A stretch of DNA of 64,000 nt from Albugo candida (Eukaryota), in assembly GCA_040437565.1 (NCBI GenBank), contig JBDOQK010000039.1:186001-250000 (forward strand). The letters run 5' to 3'. The notes beneath the pieces were generated by a model. It was not told the DNA's origin and made no database searches. It saw only the letters and a program-made list of their open reading frames with translations. Made by a program: the position numbers and the translations under genes. Shown here piece after piece: positions 44,001 through 55,235 of the stretch (position 1 is the stretch's first letter; the number at the start of each line of letters is the position of its first letter).

Positions 44001-46236
44001 CAATCTTTCAAGCCTCAGATGTGAATTCAGATGGAGTCAGCCATACGGACCCTCTCTACAATACAAAGTGGAATTTGACCCAGCAATTGGAATCTTGGAA
44101 CCTCATGGAACGGCTTCCACGGAGTTGCACTATACCCCGCTACAGGATGGGGAGGTTTCATTGCTCGTAGCGTGCTCGATAAAAGGCATGGGTTCTCCGT
44201 TGGGTGTCGAGTGCAAGACTATTCAAAAAGGCTTACAGCTACGCTACGAGGTTATAGAATCGTCAGCGATAAAATATGAAGATGTCGAGGTTCAGCTGGG
44301 TGAGTCCAAGACTGAGATGCTCGTAGATAGTACGGGTCCAAATGCTTGCATCTCATTACCAGTGCTGAGCTTTGGAGATCATGTACCCTTAGGCGAGCCT
44401 CGAGCTCTCACACTTTTGGTTCAAAATCACAGTGGCGTTGCGACGTGCTTGAACATATATCCAAAGAGGTACAAGATCGCTACAATAGACGTCCCAAACG
44501 ATACAGAGAATGGAGCTTCCAGGACCGCAAATGACCACCTTCAAACAAGTCAGAAGCGCATGAATCAGCTTCTAGCACTTGACCAAGGACTCGCTATCGA
44601 AATCATCCCAGAAACTGCTCCGATTTTGGCTTGGCAGCAAGCAGTGTTCACGATAACATGCTTTAACAATATGCCGGGCACTTTTGCTGATGCAATTGTG
44701 ATTTCTCCGGTAAACCACGATTCTGTCGAGCTTCCTATGCATGCCACAATCGTGGGATCTCCTCTATCATGGAGCCATCCGGGTAATCCCAAAAATCAAG
44801 TTCCGACACTGGCTTTCGGTCAAGTAGCTGTCTCCTCCCCTGTTCAAGAGCGAATAGCTTCTTTTATAAATCGTACGCCACATACAATCAATGTACGATG
44901 GCGTATTGCTCCCGTCGGCCTAGAGAACATGATTGTCCGTGTATCGATACGTGTGCACTCTACTGGCGAAGCTCGAGTCAAAATCTCGCACAAAGACGAT
45001 ACAGAACCTGACAGTCCTTTTGTTCTCAGGAAAATAGACCATCAAAATCGCTCGCTGAAAAGTGATAGCGTTGATCATCTTACCAGGACATTGGTCCCGC
45101 CGTTCACCAAAATGAATCTGACGATAGCTTTCACACCACCGGCCGTGCCAGCCTCAGTAAAGATGTATCTCATCGGTGATGCGGACTGGCGACATGAAGG
45201 CGATTGGACGGCGCAAAGTCCTGCGAAACCAGTAGGGACAGCTTTACAAGCCGTTCGTATTGCAAATAAGCCAAAGTGCGTGTGGTCAGCAGCTTCCACA
45301 GAGACTGAATGGGATGGTGAACACCAGCCATCTTCTTTGAAACTTCTCCTTGATGCTCAGGTAATCAAACCACAGCTGATTGTCGATCAACTAGAAATCG
45401 GTAAAAAGTTGCCCAAAACCATGAAAGATAGTGTGCTGTTTGAGACATATTGGCCGTTGCTTCCAAGTAAATCATCGGTCAAAGATATGCATCCTTGGCA
45501 CCGGAAAATGATCCACTTGATGAATCCGTGCGAGATACCTCTAACATTTCGTTTAGGCTGCACGGGGCCGTTCAAGTTGATCAAAACACCTCACCGTCCA
45601 AATAGGAATCCCATGCTGGGGAACGAGCTACTACCTCAACGTTTTATGAAGATGGAGCTGTGCATGGTGCTGACGAGTGAAGCTGCTGCTTTTCAACTGG
45701 AGCCTACGTCTTCCAAAGTTGTAGCACATGGCCAGCTTCATATTGAATTTCATCAAGGAACCACCCAGACGCTTCCTCTCGTGGTTGAAATCCAGCGTCC
45801 AATTCTTTTAGTGACTCCAACTGTGCACAATTTCGGCCATGTACAATTGTCTCATCGTCGGTCATTAACACTTAGTCTGGTCAATCCAAAGCCCATCTCA
45901 TTGAACTTTGAAATTCAGCATCTTCCTTTACATCCCGAGTTGATTACCCCAATGCAATCAATGCGTAATGGTGATCTAAATGCATTTCATATCGAGAGGA
46001 CGAGTGGTGTTGTCGAAGGCCCCACAATGTCACTTGCTAGCGTGGGATCTTATCTTCCAGGCTCCAAGTCTCCAGCTGTAGAGTCCACTCTCAAGCCGAT
46101 TGTGCAGTTGAAGATACATTTTGAGCCCCTCGAGTGTTCGCATTATTACAGCTGCTTTCGGTTCCAGGTCGCTTATGGAAATGAGATCGATATATTTCTT
46201 GAAGGGTATGGCACACTATCAGAAAAACCCGCTTGA
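41020..46236 (+). CDS. DLEC1: DLEC1/CFAP81-like flagellar protein with ASH/Ig-like repeats
   Basis: 1,738-aa ORF; LFSATPNPLRFTEY..RNIS..RRLRILGPQTRYF..GVVAPG..FHPDSRGEYLD; repeated P..G.I/L.P units. Confidence 0.8.
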   Translation: MDGTQERLQRDASDHESLGQSPASEEPKPSPVSSQDPHDLLLPEGENLIGLTSHIINQTFQALYPVSTETFAEAAHKGSSIEKDDILSDDTTDASSNVPIFETMYDSDCKVRREQIHQRFQNRKLEAGRLLELIKDRMKTAMSKDRETEEYAEKIGLGDSAQILIGPFGYQLESKELEDFPSSLTACLTNAKGYIHNYQVKKAKRAGNSGTDSSNGTASRPGSIAFKSIRKIKAKKFDCSDPARDVSNRSKISVNQQHTVPIITSSPTRIKPNEFTRREGNYTREMIKATSSLNNDPLFSATPNPLRFTEYNVTGSYHLIVTIRNISRLGRRLRILGPQTRYFSIDKIKYPRPHGGVVAPGLYVELCVCFHPDSRGEYLDSLGVQYESEPGGSTVSFQVPVIASRSPPKLSISARFNASPSLVGSSSITRYTCLNSGGTASFRLFTLKRWRELELEKVTPHSFLSFSQSSNESFRCRYTALLAEKETDNTVCAEHFKVSPSHFCLSEGQQVELTIEFSPLRAGIDQAQFIILCDNCVAQAITIEGTGSFVSVQFGRIDDDGTMSESEQFTDIQSIYFPPTLIGFVPSSSPAKKLFNVVNKTPIDLLFSWEIIAVNGLEIEDGQKCFQIHPSEGVLGNDTTSFRSTFTPVKPGTFRGKAVLRLHQIPPQSINADVYDKSPLIDVRSLELSLTGVGRSGEFVIEPQVLSISMLKRGNAPAYKVSLRNDQSAHVDFAWRPKLTIRRRGRRDRKLDDQYTEIYSKQTSNPIDIVFDPPSGRIEAHSTISVSVLLTPTWSGPFSMAVSCIIPSLTSKPAFERWLLLEGCVEQPQVSFLFPHIDFGVIASTSIKQTILTLRNDSKLVKASWTLTHSDPVTSAATSTKSIESKLHDESLKDTANTMRAFLRYHPNQGVLHPGMTTDIAVECHGGAQPELFEALVSCQLEPETLFTGQIVQNFAKIRARARIESPNVYVTPQTLLLGTTYVGDSVKKTLLLTNLSSLRCEFRWSQPYGPSLQYKVEFDPAIGILEPHGTASTELHYTPLQDGEVSLLVACSIKGMGSPLGVECKTIQKGLQLRYEVIESSAIKYEDVEVQLGESKTEMLVDSTGPNACISLPVLSFGDHVPLGEPRALTLLVQNHSGVATCLNIYPKRYKIATIDVPNDTENGASRTANDHLQTSQKRMNQLLALDQGLAIEIIPETAPILAWQQAVFTITCFNNMPGTFADAIVISPVNHDSVELPMHATIVGSPLSWSHPGNPKNQVPTLAFGQVAVSSPVQERIASFINRTPHTINVRWRIAPVGLENMIVRVSIRVHSTGEARVKISHKDDTEPDSPFVLRKIDHQNRSLKSDSVDHLTRTLVPPFTKMNLTIAFTPPAVPASVKMYLIGDADWRHEGDWTAQSPAKPVGTALQAVRIANKPKCVWSAASTETEWDGEHQPSSLKLLLDAQVIKPQLIVDQLEIGKKLPKTMKDSVLFETYWPLLPSKSSVKDMHPWHRKMIHLMNPCEIPLTFRLGCTGPFKLIKTPHRPNRNPMLGNELLPQRFMKMELCMVLTSEAAAFQLEPTSSKVVAHGQLHIEFHQGTTQTLPLVVEIQRPILLVTPTVHNFGHVQLSHRRSLTLSLVNPKPISLNFEIQHLPLHPELITPMQSMRNGDLNAFHIERTSGVVEGPTMSLASVGSYLPGSKSPAVESTLKPIVQLKIHFEPLECSHYYSCFRFQVAYGNEIDIFLEGYGTLSEKPA

Positions 46237-46253
46237 CCATCATGTCACCAAGA

Positions 46254-48821
46254 TCAGGCTTGATACTGAAAGGTTCGACTATAATCATTGGCTTTTGTCT
46301 CATGCCTAAATTCATGTCGAACATCGACCAAGTCCAAAAATGATGTCCAGCATGCATGTAACAAGCCGGGAACCCGATACTCACGACTTTGCCCGAGGAA
46401 ATGCATCAGTCGATCACGTGTGATTGATCCAATAAGCTTTCCCGATCGAGTGACATACACGCTGTTGAGTTTAAGCATCCGGAAAAGCAAATCCACACGT
46501 CGCATCGTGGTCATCGGCATGAGATGGAATGGGGATGGATTGATCATTACTGTAAGCCCAGCACGCTCACACACTTGATTTGTACCCTACAATGTGACCA
46601 AAATGCGCATAAGTTCCAAGCTTAGAAAGCTGAAGTCACATCGACCTACCCAATCCATGATCTTCCCACCGCGTTTGAGCGCAAAATGAATTGGCAATCT
46701 CAAACATCTGGCTTGCCGTGGACGGATGGTCCCATCTGTAAGTTTCGGAGAAGTGGTTCTCAGATTGGGTGCGGATTTACTTCCTTCTCCACCATTCCCT
46801 TCAAATGAATTGGCGACACTTTGACAAAGATACTCGACTGCATTTTCGAGTTGATCTCTCACAACTGTCGCGAGAAGTATTTTGTCTTGTTTGGAATTAA
46901 CAATAGAGAAAACCGCGTCATCGGAGGCCGCTAGCACTCGTGAGGCATCCTCGTACGTAGAATCAGCTGTCAGGTATTCCATCGTACGTGCGTCTTGCAT
47001 AACTTCCCATGCTGGAATATCATATGCCGCTTTTGGTAGCTTTTTAAGTCGAGGAAGATTGCTCGTCATAATCAATGTGTCATAGACGTTCTCTGTAAAC
47101 TGTTTGGAAGTGAAGTAGGCGGCCAATATAGCTAAAGAGATTGGTAGGTTGAGTGAGTCTGTATGAGAAATCTCCATGATAATTACTGCTGTCGAGATAG
47201 CATGCGTGACACCCGATGAGAAGGCACCGGCTCCAATGATCGCATATTCGAATGGCTCATACTCTGTCTCCAAAAGTTTGAATGCAGCGATCGCTTCCCC
47301 GACAAGCCTTCCAAAGATACCGCCAATGACGAATGTCGGCGTAAACAAACCTGCTGGAAGCGGTAATGTTACGCTCAGTAATGTCAAAACAAATTTGAGC
47401 GGAAGATACGTCAGAAGCGAGCGAGATAGCTGCACACTAGAGTCAGTGAGAGGAGAATCAGACACAGAGGCATAATGCTTCCCGAAAGGCTTTTCTGTTT
47501 TTGAAAAAAGAGCCCCAAGAATGCGATGAGGAGCTCCATGGTGGATGAACCATGCTGGATCGCCGTAGAACTCGCTTATACAGCTGATCAGCGTAATGAA
47601 TGCTACGATCATCAATCTCTTCAATAAGCCTTGCCAAAATTTGCTGTTTTTTATAAAGCGCCGAATAGCGACACAATAGTTTGAGGTCGTGCGATCGATC
47701 CCGGCATTCTGATAAAATTGCTGGCTCAAAAATGTATCACGACATCGCACAATGACGGAAACACATGTGTTGAATAGTGCTCCACCAAGCCCACAGACGA
47801 TACCTATCATGACAAAAACTCCAAAGTCGTACGCTGAAAACCCATGCAGCTTTTCAACGTCGGAAATGCCTAAATTGGATTTCCCAAAGAGCCCGTATCG
47901 AGCATTTGTGGTCGCGAAGTTGACAATCAGAGCTCCAACGATCGATGCAAAGAATGAGCGGGGAAGAGTACGCACCAAATAAAAATCAGAGGTGACTTCG
48001 ACACCGAACAGAACACCTCCGAATGGTGAGCCAAATGTAGCCGCGACTCCAACAGCACACGCACACGCCAGCATCTCAAGTCGTTTGATCTGATCGTATT
48101 GCACACGTTCGAATAGTGACAATCGCAGTAAATTACTCGCAAAACCGCATGAAATCATGATAAATGGTCCTTCTTTCCCGATCGAAAGGCCTGCTGCAAA
48201 GGCCGCCACTAGTCCCACAATCTTGGTCAAAACACATTTCCACGACAGATACGGACGCATATCGACCCCTGAGATTGCCACCTTCATAAATGGTAAGCCT
48301 GAACCAGCCGCTTGCGGGCAGCAGACGAAAGTGATCGTCGCAGAGAGGCAAGCGGCAGCCAAAGCAGATACAAAAAAACAAGTAAAGCCCCATTCAAACA
48401 GCTTCTGCTGATATCTTGAGATCATAGCTAGCCAAAAGTCAATGAATAAACCAACCAACGCGGAAAATATGCCAATGGCTAAGAGTAGCAAAGGACTTTG
48501 CAAAATCATAAGAATAATGCGCCATCTATTTGGATATTCCGCCACGTAGACGGAATGATACTCTTCATTGAAAGCTACAGCTTTGGTGAACACGGGCTTT
48601 GAATGATCCACTCTCTCGCCTTTTCCTCTGCTTTCAATCCTCTGGCCCAATAGAGCTTCTGCTTGTTCGACCTGAAGTCTGTTTTGCGCTTGGTAATAGC
48701 GTGGCGTAGACGATCCAGGCTGGGTGATTGCTTCGCGGTCTAAATGCGGATGTTTGAGTGTTTCCAAGACAATCTCACCGCGTCGCTGAGTCGGAAAATT
48801 GTCTCGATATGTATCTCCCAT
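46254..48821 (-). CDS. CLC chloride channel with CBS domains (2 exons)
   Basis: GSGLP, GKEGP, GLFTP, GVLFGVEV, VYD; GT-AG intron 46587-46649 joins the second CBS exon ending at 46254. Confidence 0.93.
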
Positions 48822-48960
48822 AATACTTCTGATTCTTCGATACTTTATCAGCAGATTATATTCGTTTTTCTACAATTTATGCTTAAAAAGACGCTACTTT
48901 TCCCGCGTCAGCTATTCTACCAGGACGGTGACTAAAATTCGCTGCAATAAGAACAGCGAA

Positions 48961-51900
48961 TTATGTTTTCCCCTTCTCAGAAAGCATTTTCTCACTAAGA
49001 GAATCGTACGACACGTACATGGTGTTCTGATTCTGATTCTGAGTATCGCGTACGAGCTCGTAGCACGAATTGATTCTCGCACGCTCGGAAGCTTCTTCTT
49101 CTGCGCTCGCCCAAAACACCGATGAGCTTGTATTGACAACATCCAAAGAAAAACTCTTTTGCTTCTCTAAACCGGGTCGAATTTTCATTTTCCAATCGAT
49201 CGGATGACACAAATGCGAGTCGGACGGAAGCAGACTTTTGCTCTTGATATCGACACGCAACTCTGGCGTTGTACAAATGCGATACGGATACCCTGGAATC
49301 GCACGTATTGAGAATTTGGGTGGTCCATTGGTACAATATAAAATGGGCTTGTATTTGACTTTCCGGAGGTCACAATTCGCCGAGAAAGCCTGTAGGGCAG
49401 CTTCCGCTTCATACGATAGTTTCAACTCATTCACTCCATCATACACTCTTGCTAATCGACTGGGATCCAGGTCGCATCGCATCACATGGATGGGAAGATT
49501 TGCGTAGAATGAAGTCACCGCATTCTCCAATACTGAAGCATTGTCGATTTTGAAGCCCAAGTCTTTTGCTTTAGATTGTAATAACGGCGAGATAAGTTGC
49601 TGGAATGCAGACGCAAGCTGAGTGAAGGACCATACACATTTCGAATCCAGCTCCACTCCGACTCGAGCTGCCACTAGAGCTTGTGCGTACACTCGATGTC
49701 GCCAATTTTGTGACACTATACAGCAAGGCTTTCCGGCCTCCAAACTTGCTGCTGTGAGCTGCATACTTCCGCCATGGACAACTGCATCAACCTTTGCTAA
49801 CAGCTTCCGATGCGACATGGACGCATTCAGATGACAAATGTAAGCACTCTCTTCAAGAATTTGTTCGGAAACGGGTACTCCCGATAGTAAGATTCGTACT
49901 TTGGCGGTCTTAGATGCGGCCTCGAGTACGTCCAAAAGTCTAATGATTTTGGCTTTCTTCAAATCGCGACCAAATCTGGACGCCTCCACCAGCACAACAG
50001 GGGATGATGAGCTTTCGATGAACGAGCAAGCAGCTACATAGTCCGCCTCTTCATGTAGAATGACATGTTTTGATTGTGGCTGTGGCAACTCGAGGTATCC
50101 AGCGATACTGACCTCATAATGCCAGTCTTGCGGCATTATCAAAAGTTTCGGATTCCATAGATACGTATGTGGAGCTCGCCATTGAGGCCACAGCAATCTT
50201 TCGGTCGTTTTTCCAATTGATCCCAAAGAAGCTCGAAACCTATCCAACATCGTCCGTAATTGGCTCCATACCAAACTCGTGATCACTTTGTAAGATACGA
50301 AATTCCTGGCCATATATGAGTACGGATAAGATAGTTGGAAAGACGCGTCAAACGGGTGAGAGAAAGCGGCTGTTGGTGTCACCGGAATTTCGCTATAGTA
50401 GTGCAATGGAACCCCGAGACGTTCAGCAACACACGAGATTCCAAAGCAAAGTGGATGCGCCACGATCACATCAGCTCGGAAAGCCGAATTCGACATCTTT
50501 GCAATCGAGTCGAGATCGCAGCAAGCAGGCCAATACGAAAGTATCTGATCGTTGAGCTCTGATTTGATCTCATCCAATTTTGAAGAACGATGCAGCCGAG
50601 TGAGCCCAAGCGAATATTTATTGGTTAAATAATCATCGAAAAAGTTATCCATGACCGAGCATTCTCCCTCCAGAGGATAAAATTCCAAGCCTGTGGCGAT
50701 GATATTATTTCTATGACACGCTGTTGCCGCAATGCGCACTCGATGGCCGTCTTCACGCAATCGTAAGCCAATTGCGACAAATAAACTGACCCTTTCTTCC
50801 CAGCTTCCACAAGTCACCATACAAATATTCATAATCGGAAGTGGAAGATCTTTGCGCAGCTGCTCAAATTTCTCGCTACGAATCCTGTCAGCATCAAGAC
50901 ACTCGGATCGGAGCTTTCCCATTTCACTTCCAAAAGCATCATCGTCGACAGCTTTCTCGTATTGGATCTTGACTGCACGAGTTGGACCGGACTCAATCAC
51001 ACTTTTCACAACAATTCCGTCAAAAATTCTGTGAGAAGGCTTCGCCACAACCAGTTGCGGCTTGTTGGTATTATTTTTCTCGATTGTATCGCTCACTTCG
51101 TGACCGTCTCTTTCGACCTCCGCCGTTGACGATTCCCGTCGTTGATTCATTATTTCCATAAAGCGATTTTGCAGTAATGATACCTCATCAGCTGTGAGCT
51201 TCACTGTCACCTTGCCTCGATCTGTACTAGCTTCAGGTCTGCATCCCAAAAGAAGCCTAGGTCTCCACGCTTCTCGACCCTCATAAATTGATCCAATGCG
51301 TTTTGTATGGGCGTGATAGCTATTGTAATGTCCTGTGGCAATATGATCTGCTAGAATCGCAAGACCACTAAATGGACGAGCTACCATACCCGCGAATCCT
51401 TTCACAAAGCCGACAATAGCGCCTTTTGGTCCTTCATCGCGGTAGCCCAAAAATGGAGAAACGAACATCGACTTGACACCTGTGCCGACTTCATACAAAA
51501 ATGCTCCAGCACCGGAGGTTACGCCTTCGATACCAGAAGTAGGCCCACGTGCCGAATAATCAACAAATATGCAGCTCACCAAGTCGGAAGATGTTACATC
51601 ATTGCGTTCCGATATGACAAATGCACACTCGTCGCACAATTTCACTTTAGTGATGCGATCCCAATACACAGCGATTTTCTCGTGCTTGTGTGCCAGTCCA
51701 CATGTCATTTGTGCCAATGGTAAGTGCCGATAAAATGATTTGACTGCTTCTTCTACTCCATTTTCTTGCTGCATTCTTTCCTGAAGTAAATGGACACGTT
51801 CTTGAATGCATGGATCACATAATTCTTTGAATGCTTGGCTTAATTTCTTCGACGTGACCTCGGCAATCGGGCAAGGCTCGACACCCACACCAGCGGTGAC

Positions 51901-53226
51901 TACAGCTCGCCCCCAAAGAGGTTGATCGCCAAAAAACGGTGTGATAAAGGTCGGTTTGCCTGCCAGTAAACCAGCCGCAGTCGTCCCAGCACCTCCATGA
52001 TGAACAACAGCGCGGACACGCGGAAAAAGCCAACTGTGAGGGATGTCACCGAGAATAAAGATATGAGGAGGTACTGTAACATCATCATCAAATTTACTCC
52101 CGTTGTATTGGAATAGAACGCATACCTCAGCCTCAGCTGCTGCCTCGGCAATCATATAAAGTGTCTCAGTTGGATGGCTGAGTATCATGGAGCCAAAACC
52201 AACGTATATGGGCTGTTTATTCAGGAATTCGGCCAAGTCTTCGCTCGGTGTGTATTCAGAGTTTTCAGCGGATTCGTCCACAGCTGTTCCAACCACATCG
52301 TACAAAGGACCCCAATCCATCGGCTTTGGAAGTAGACTCGGACTCCATAAAAATGCGTGAGGAATGGCCAATGTCAGAAGCAAGTCTTTTCCACCGTCAC
52401 CCGTGCGTATTTTACGGAGACCCAAAACATTTTTTCGGAATTCATTAATCATGCGTTCAGTACTCTGCCACATAAGTAAGTCTAACAGTCTGTATGATAG
52501 GAAGTTTCTTCTTTGAGGTTTCGCTGTGTGATATGGCAAATTAGATAATGGATGGGGAAACGCTACAGTCGGAACCCAAGGCTGAGGGAACATTATATGC
52601 AGAGGAATTCCGAGTTTCTCCGCTACGTGAATATGGCCAAATGTCACCGGATTCGATATAATCGCTTGTGCTCGAAATGGTCGACCTGCAATCCCTTTTC
52701 CATGAGCGTCCGGGTCTGATGCTGCAATTGCTGGCCACGTGCTGTTAATGATCTCGTCGATCATACGCATTTTACTGGGAATGTCAGTGGTCAATGATTC
52801 AATTGATAGTGGAATCAAATGACCACCTGTTTTGATCATATATGCTGCTAGCTCTTTGGGGTCACCAGCGAGCGGATAGAATTCCAGGCCGCGATCAACC
52901 ACAATAGAGCGGAAAACTGCGTGTGTTGCGAGTCGAACACGGTGTCCGTCCTTTTGTAAGCGTTTTCCAATAGCCACAAACGGCTGAACATCACCTCTGG
53001 TGCCTACAATCATGATGCAAATTGTCATTGCTGGCACTTTTAGTTCCTGTTCCGGCATGATTTTCTGAGACTCGATATGAGATTGTGAGGGAATCCTAAG
53101 CTGGTCATCGCTCTCATTACTGAATTCCATCTTTATATGGCCTTTTGGATCGAATGTCACCAGTGCAGCAGCCTCGACATCATCCAACGATAACGTTTGC
53201 TTACTTTCTGCTGTTTTTTTTACCAT
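48961..53226 (-). CDS. Sterol 3-beta-glucosyltransferase-like protein with two GT modules
   Basis: IVGTRGDVQPF, GHRVRLATH, YVGFGS, HHGGAGTTAAGL, PFFGDQ; a second GHRVRIAA..GLEFYPL module follows. Confidence 0.92.
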   Translation of the reverse strand: MVKKTAESKQTLSLDDVEAAALVTFDPKGHIKMEFSNESDDQLRIPSQSHIESQKIMPEQELKVPAMTICIMIVGTRGDVQPFVAIGKRLQKDGHRVRLATHAVFRSIVVDRGLEFYPLAGDPKELAAYMIKTGGHLIPLSIESLTTDIPSKMRMIDEIINSTWPAIAASDPDAHGKGIAGRPFRAQAIISNPVTFGHIHVAEKLGIPLHIMFPQPWVPTVAFPHPLSNLPYHTAKPQRRNFLSYRLLDLLMWQSTERMINEFRKNVLGLRKIRTGDGGKDLLLTLAIPHAFLWSPSLLPKPMDWGPLYDVVGTAVDESAENSEYTPSEDLAEFLNKQPIYVGFGSMILSHPTETLYMIAEAAAEAEVCVLFQYNGSKFDDDVTVPPHIFILGDIPHSWLFPRVRAVVHHGGAGTTAAGLLAGKPTFITPFFGDQPLWGRAVVTAGVGVEPCPIAEVTSKKLSQAFKELCDPCIQERVHLLQERMQQENGVEEAVKSFYRHLPLAQMTCGLAHKHEKIAVYWDRITKVKLCDECAFVISERNDVTSSDLVSCIFVDYSARGPTSGIEGVTSGAGAFLYEVGTGVKSMFVSPFLGYRDEGPKGAIVGFVKGFAGMVARPFSGLAILADHIATGHYNSYHAHTKRIGSIYEGREAWRPRLLLGCRPEASTDRGKVTVKLTADEVSLLQNRFMEIMNQRRESSTAEVERDGHEVSDTIEKNNTNKPQLVVAKPSHRIFDGIVVKSVIESGPTRAVKIQYEKAVDDDAFGSEMGKLRSECLDADRIRSEKFEQLRKDLPLPIMNICMVTCGSWEERVSLFVAIGLRLREDGHRVRIAATACHRNNIIATGLEFYPLEGECSVMDNFFDDYLTNKYSLGLTRLHRSSKLDEIKSELNDQILSYWPACCDLDSIAKMSNSAFRADVIVAHPLCFGISCVAERLGVPLHYYSEIPVTPTAAFSHPFDASFQLSYPYSYMARNFVSYKVITSLVWSQLRTMLDRFRASLGSIGKTTERLLWPQWRAPHTYLWNPKLLIMPQDWHYEVSIAGYLELPQPQSKHVILHEEADYVAACSFIESSSSPVVLVEASRFGRDLKKAKIIRLLDVLEAASKTAKVRILLSGVPVSEQILEESAYICHLNASMSHRKLLAKVDAVVHGGSMQLTAASLEAGKPCCIVSQNWRHRVYAQALVAARVGVELDSKCVWSFTQLASAFQQLISPLLQSKAKDLGFKIDNASVLENAVTSFYANLPIHVMRCDLDPSRLARVYDGVNELKLSYEAEAALQAFSANCDLRKVKYKPILYCTNGPPKFSIRAIPGYPYRICTTPELRVDIKSKSLLPSDSHLCHPIDWKMKIRPGLEKQKSFSLDVVNTSSSVFWASAEEEASERARINSCYELVRDTQNQNQNTMYVSYDSLSEKMLSEKGKT

Positions 53227-53942
53227 TTATGCTTAGCTTCCAATTTCTAACAACGAATTGAATTGCGTATGCTTAGCTGTATCGTTGCACTTGTGGATGA
53301 GCAAATAAAAGATGCGTCAGAAATGTTGCTTTTTTTATTGAAAGCGCTGGCTTCTTGAGGTCACTTTGTTTTCCGATAGCCTGCTAGATATAATAGAATT
53401 CGGGATAGATGTCGTCAATTTAATCATCTTCGTACCTTATATACGGCGATAAGTTATACCGAGTAATCCTGAAACTTTCTGGAGCTGATAACTGTTACTA
53501 TTTCGGTAATTGGATACTTTTGTAATATTCATTGAACTAGAAATGTTGTTACAACTGAACATTTGCCAACCGCGCGGAAAGAGCAACTTGCTCTTCGTCT
53601 CATGTTGCTTAATTAGTCACGATATAGCTACGAAAGATGCATAAAGTATCTATCGCGCAGAAGGCATCAGTTAAACATAATTTCAGCAGATGTATTCGAT
53701 AAACGCACTTGGCTCAGAGTAATCAAATAATTGCAGCCGCTATCTTCAAACATCAAAAAGGCGCAGGCGCATCTACCGCATATACTCTACGTCGAATCGA
53801 CACGAATATGCGACACGCGAGACAACTTGAGACTCATTCGCCTTTCGGTCTCATGTCGCTTTGTCAAACAGTCTGCAGCGCATTGTCTCATAAAGAACTA
53901 GTCAACACCATAGTGTCACTTTTCCTTTGGCACTCTGCAGCG

Positions 53943-55183
53943 ATGAACACTGAATTTCGTGAATGTGACGAAATCAAGGAGCGTGTAAAAGCGTGTTACG
54001 GCGATTGGTTTCATCATTTGTGGTATGGCTCATTTGATCGCGCTAATTGCGAAAAAGAAACACATNNNNNNNNNNNNNNNNNNNNNNNNNNNNNNNNNNN
54101 NNNNNNNNNNNNNNNNNNNNNNNNNNNNNNNNNNNNNNNNNNNNNNNNNNNNNNNNNNNNNNNNNGGCGATTGGTTTCATCATTTGTGGTATGGCTCATT
54201 TGATCGCGCTAATTGCGAAAAAGAAACACATGACTATCGGCAATGTGTGCAGGTACGCCATCCTCGTTACTATGCATGATTGTATACAGCTGACAGTGAG
54301 GATAAAGGACGTGCTATGGCGAAATCGTAGAGACAATCGTCGAGATCGATATGAAGGAGATTGGGTGGACAGAGCGGCAGATGTCGCGCGCGAAACTGTA
54401 TCGTCTTTGCGGGACAAAGCTCGAGAACTGAAGGATGATTGGACTGAGAGCATGCACTTGAATGACGATCGACGTGGAAATCGTTGGAATGACAATAAAT
54501 CGTGCTCTTGGTCGCAAGAGTACGAGCAGTCGAAAGGAAAAGGTCGTGAGCTGTTTGCGGACATGAAGAATCGATATCGGGACGAATCAAACGACTGGAT
54601 GGATGGAACAAGTCGTCAGAGATACAACAGAGATGACTGGAGCTCGAAAGCTCGCGATCAAAGCAATGACTGGATGGATCGTGGTCGTGAGAAATTTGAA
54701 CGAACAAAAGATGACTGGAAGGAAAGAGGACGAGAATGGATAGGTAACGGCGGCAATGCCAGGGATTGGAATTCAAACGGACGATATGCACGAAACAGAA
54801 ACCAAGACAACGACTGGATGGACGCGGCTCGTTCGACACGGGATGAGTTCGACCAGCGAAAAGATGGAATGATGGAGAGAACACGTGCGCAAGCACGAGA
54901 TTGGAGTAATCAAGCTCAAAACGCCGAAAGGCGCATGGAAGACAAAGTCGGTGACCTTCGAGACCGTGCGCTTCGCACGACGGAAGAAGTCGGAGATCGA
55001 GTGAGCAACGTAGCGAGTGATCTCACGGAAAACATCCGTGACAAGGGAGAGAGACTCAGAGAGCGTTTTCAAGACAACCAATACCGTCAATCAAGGTCAG
55101 ATTTGACGGAGAAGTCTCCACAAGAAATCAAGCAAACATTGCATGATCGTGTGCCGGAAGTAGAAAAAAAGCAGTATAGCTAG
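53943..55183 (+). CDS. Mdm35/TRIAP1-like twin CX9C domain fused to a hydrophilic W/D/R-rich LEA-like region
   Basis: MNTEFRECDEIKERVKACYGDWF..ANCEKETHDYRQCVQ; intron from 54253 to 54289 or 54307 splices in frame into the DWMD-repeat ORF; gap 54066-54165 has duplicated flanks. Confidence 0.65.
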
Positions 55184-55235
55184 TAGGGCATGCAGATCAA
55201 AAGGGAATTCACATTCAGCTGCTTTGTGCCGTATT

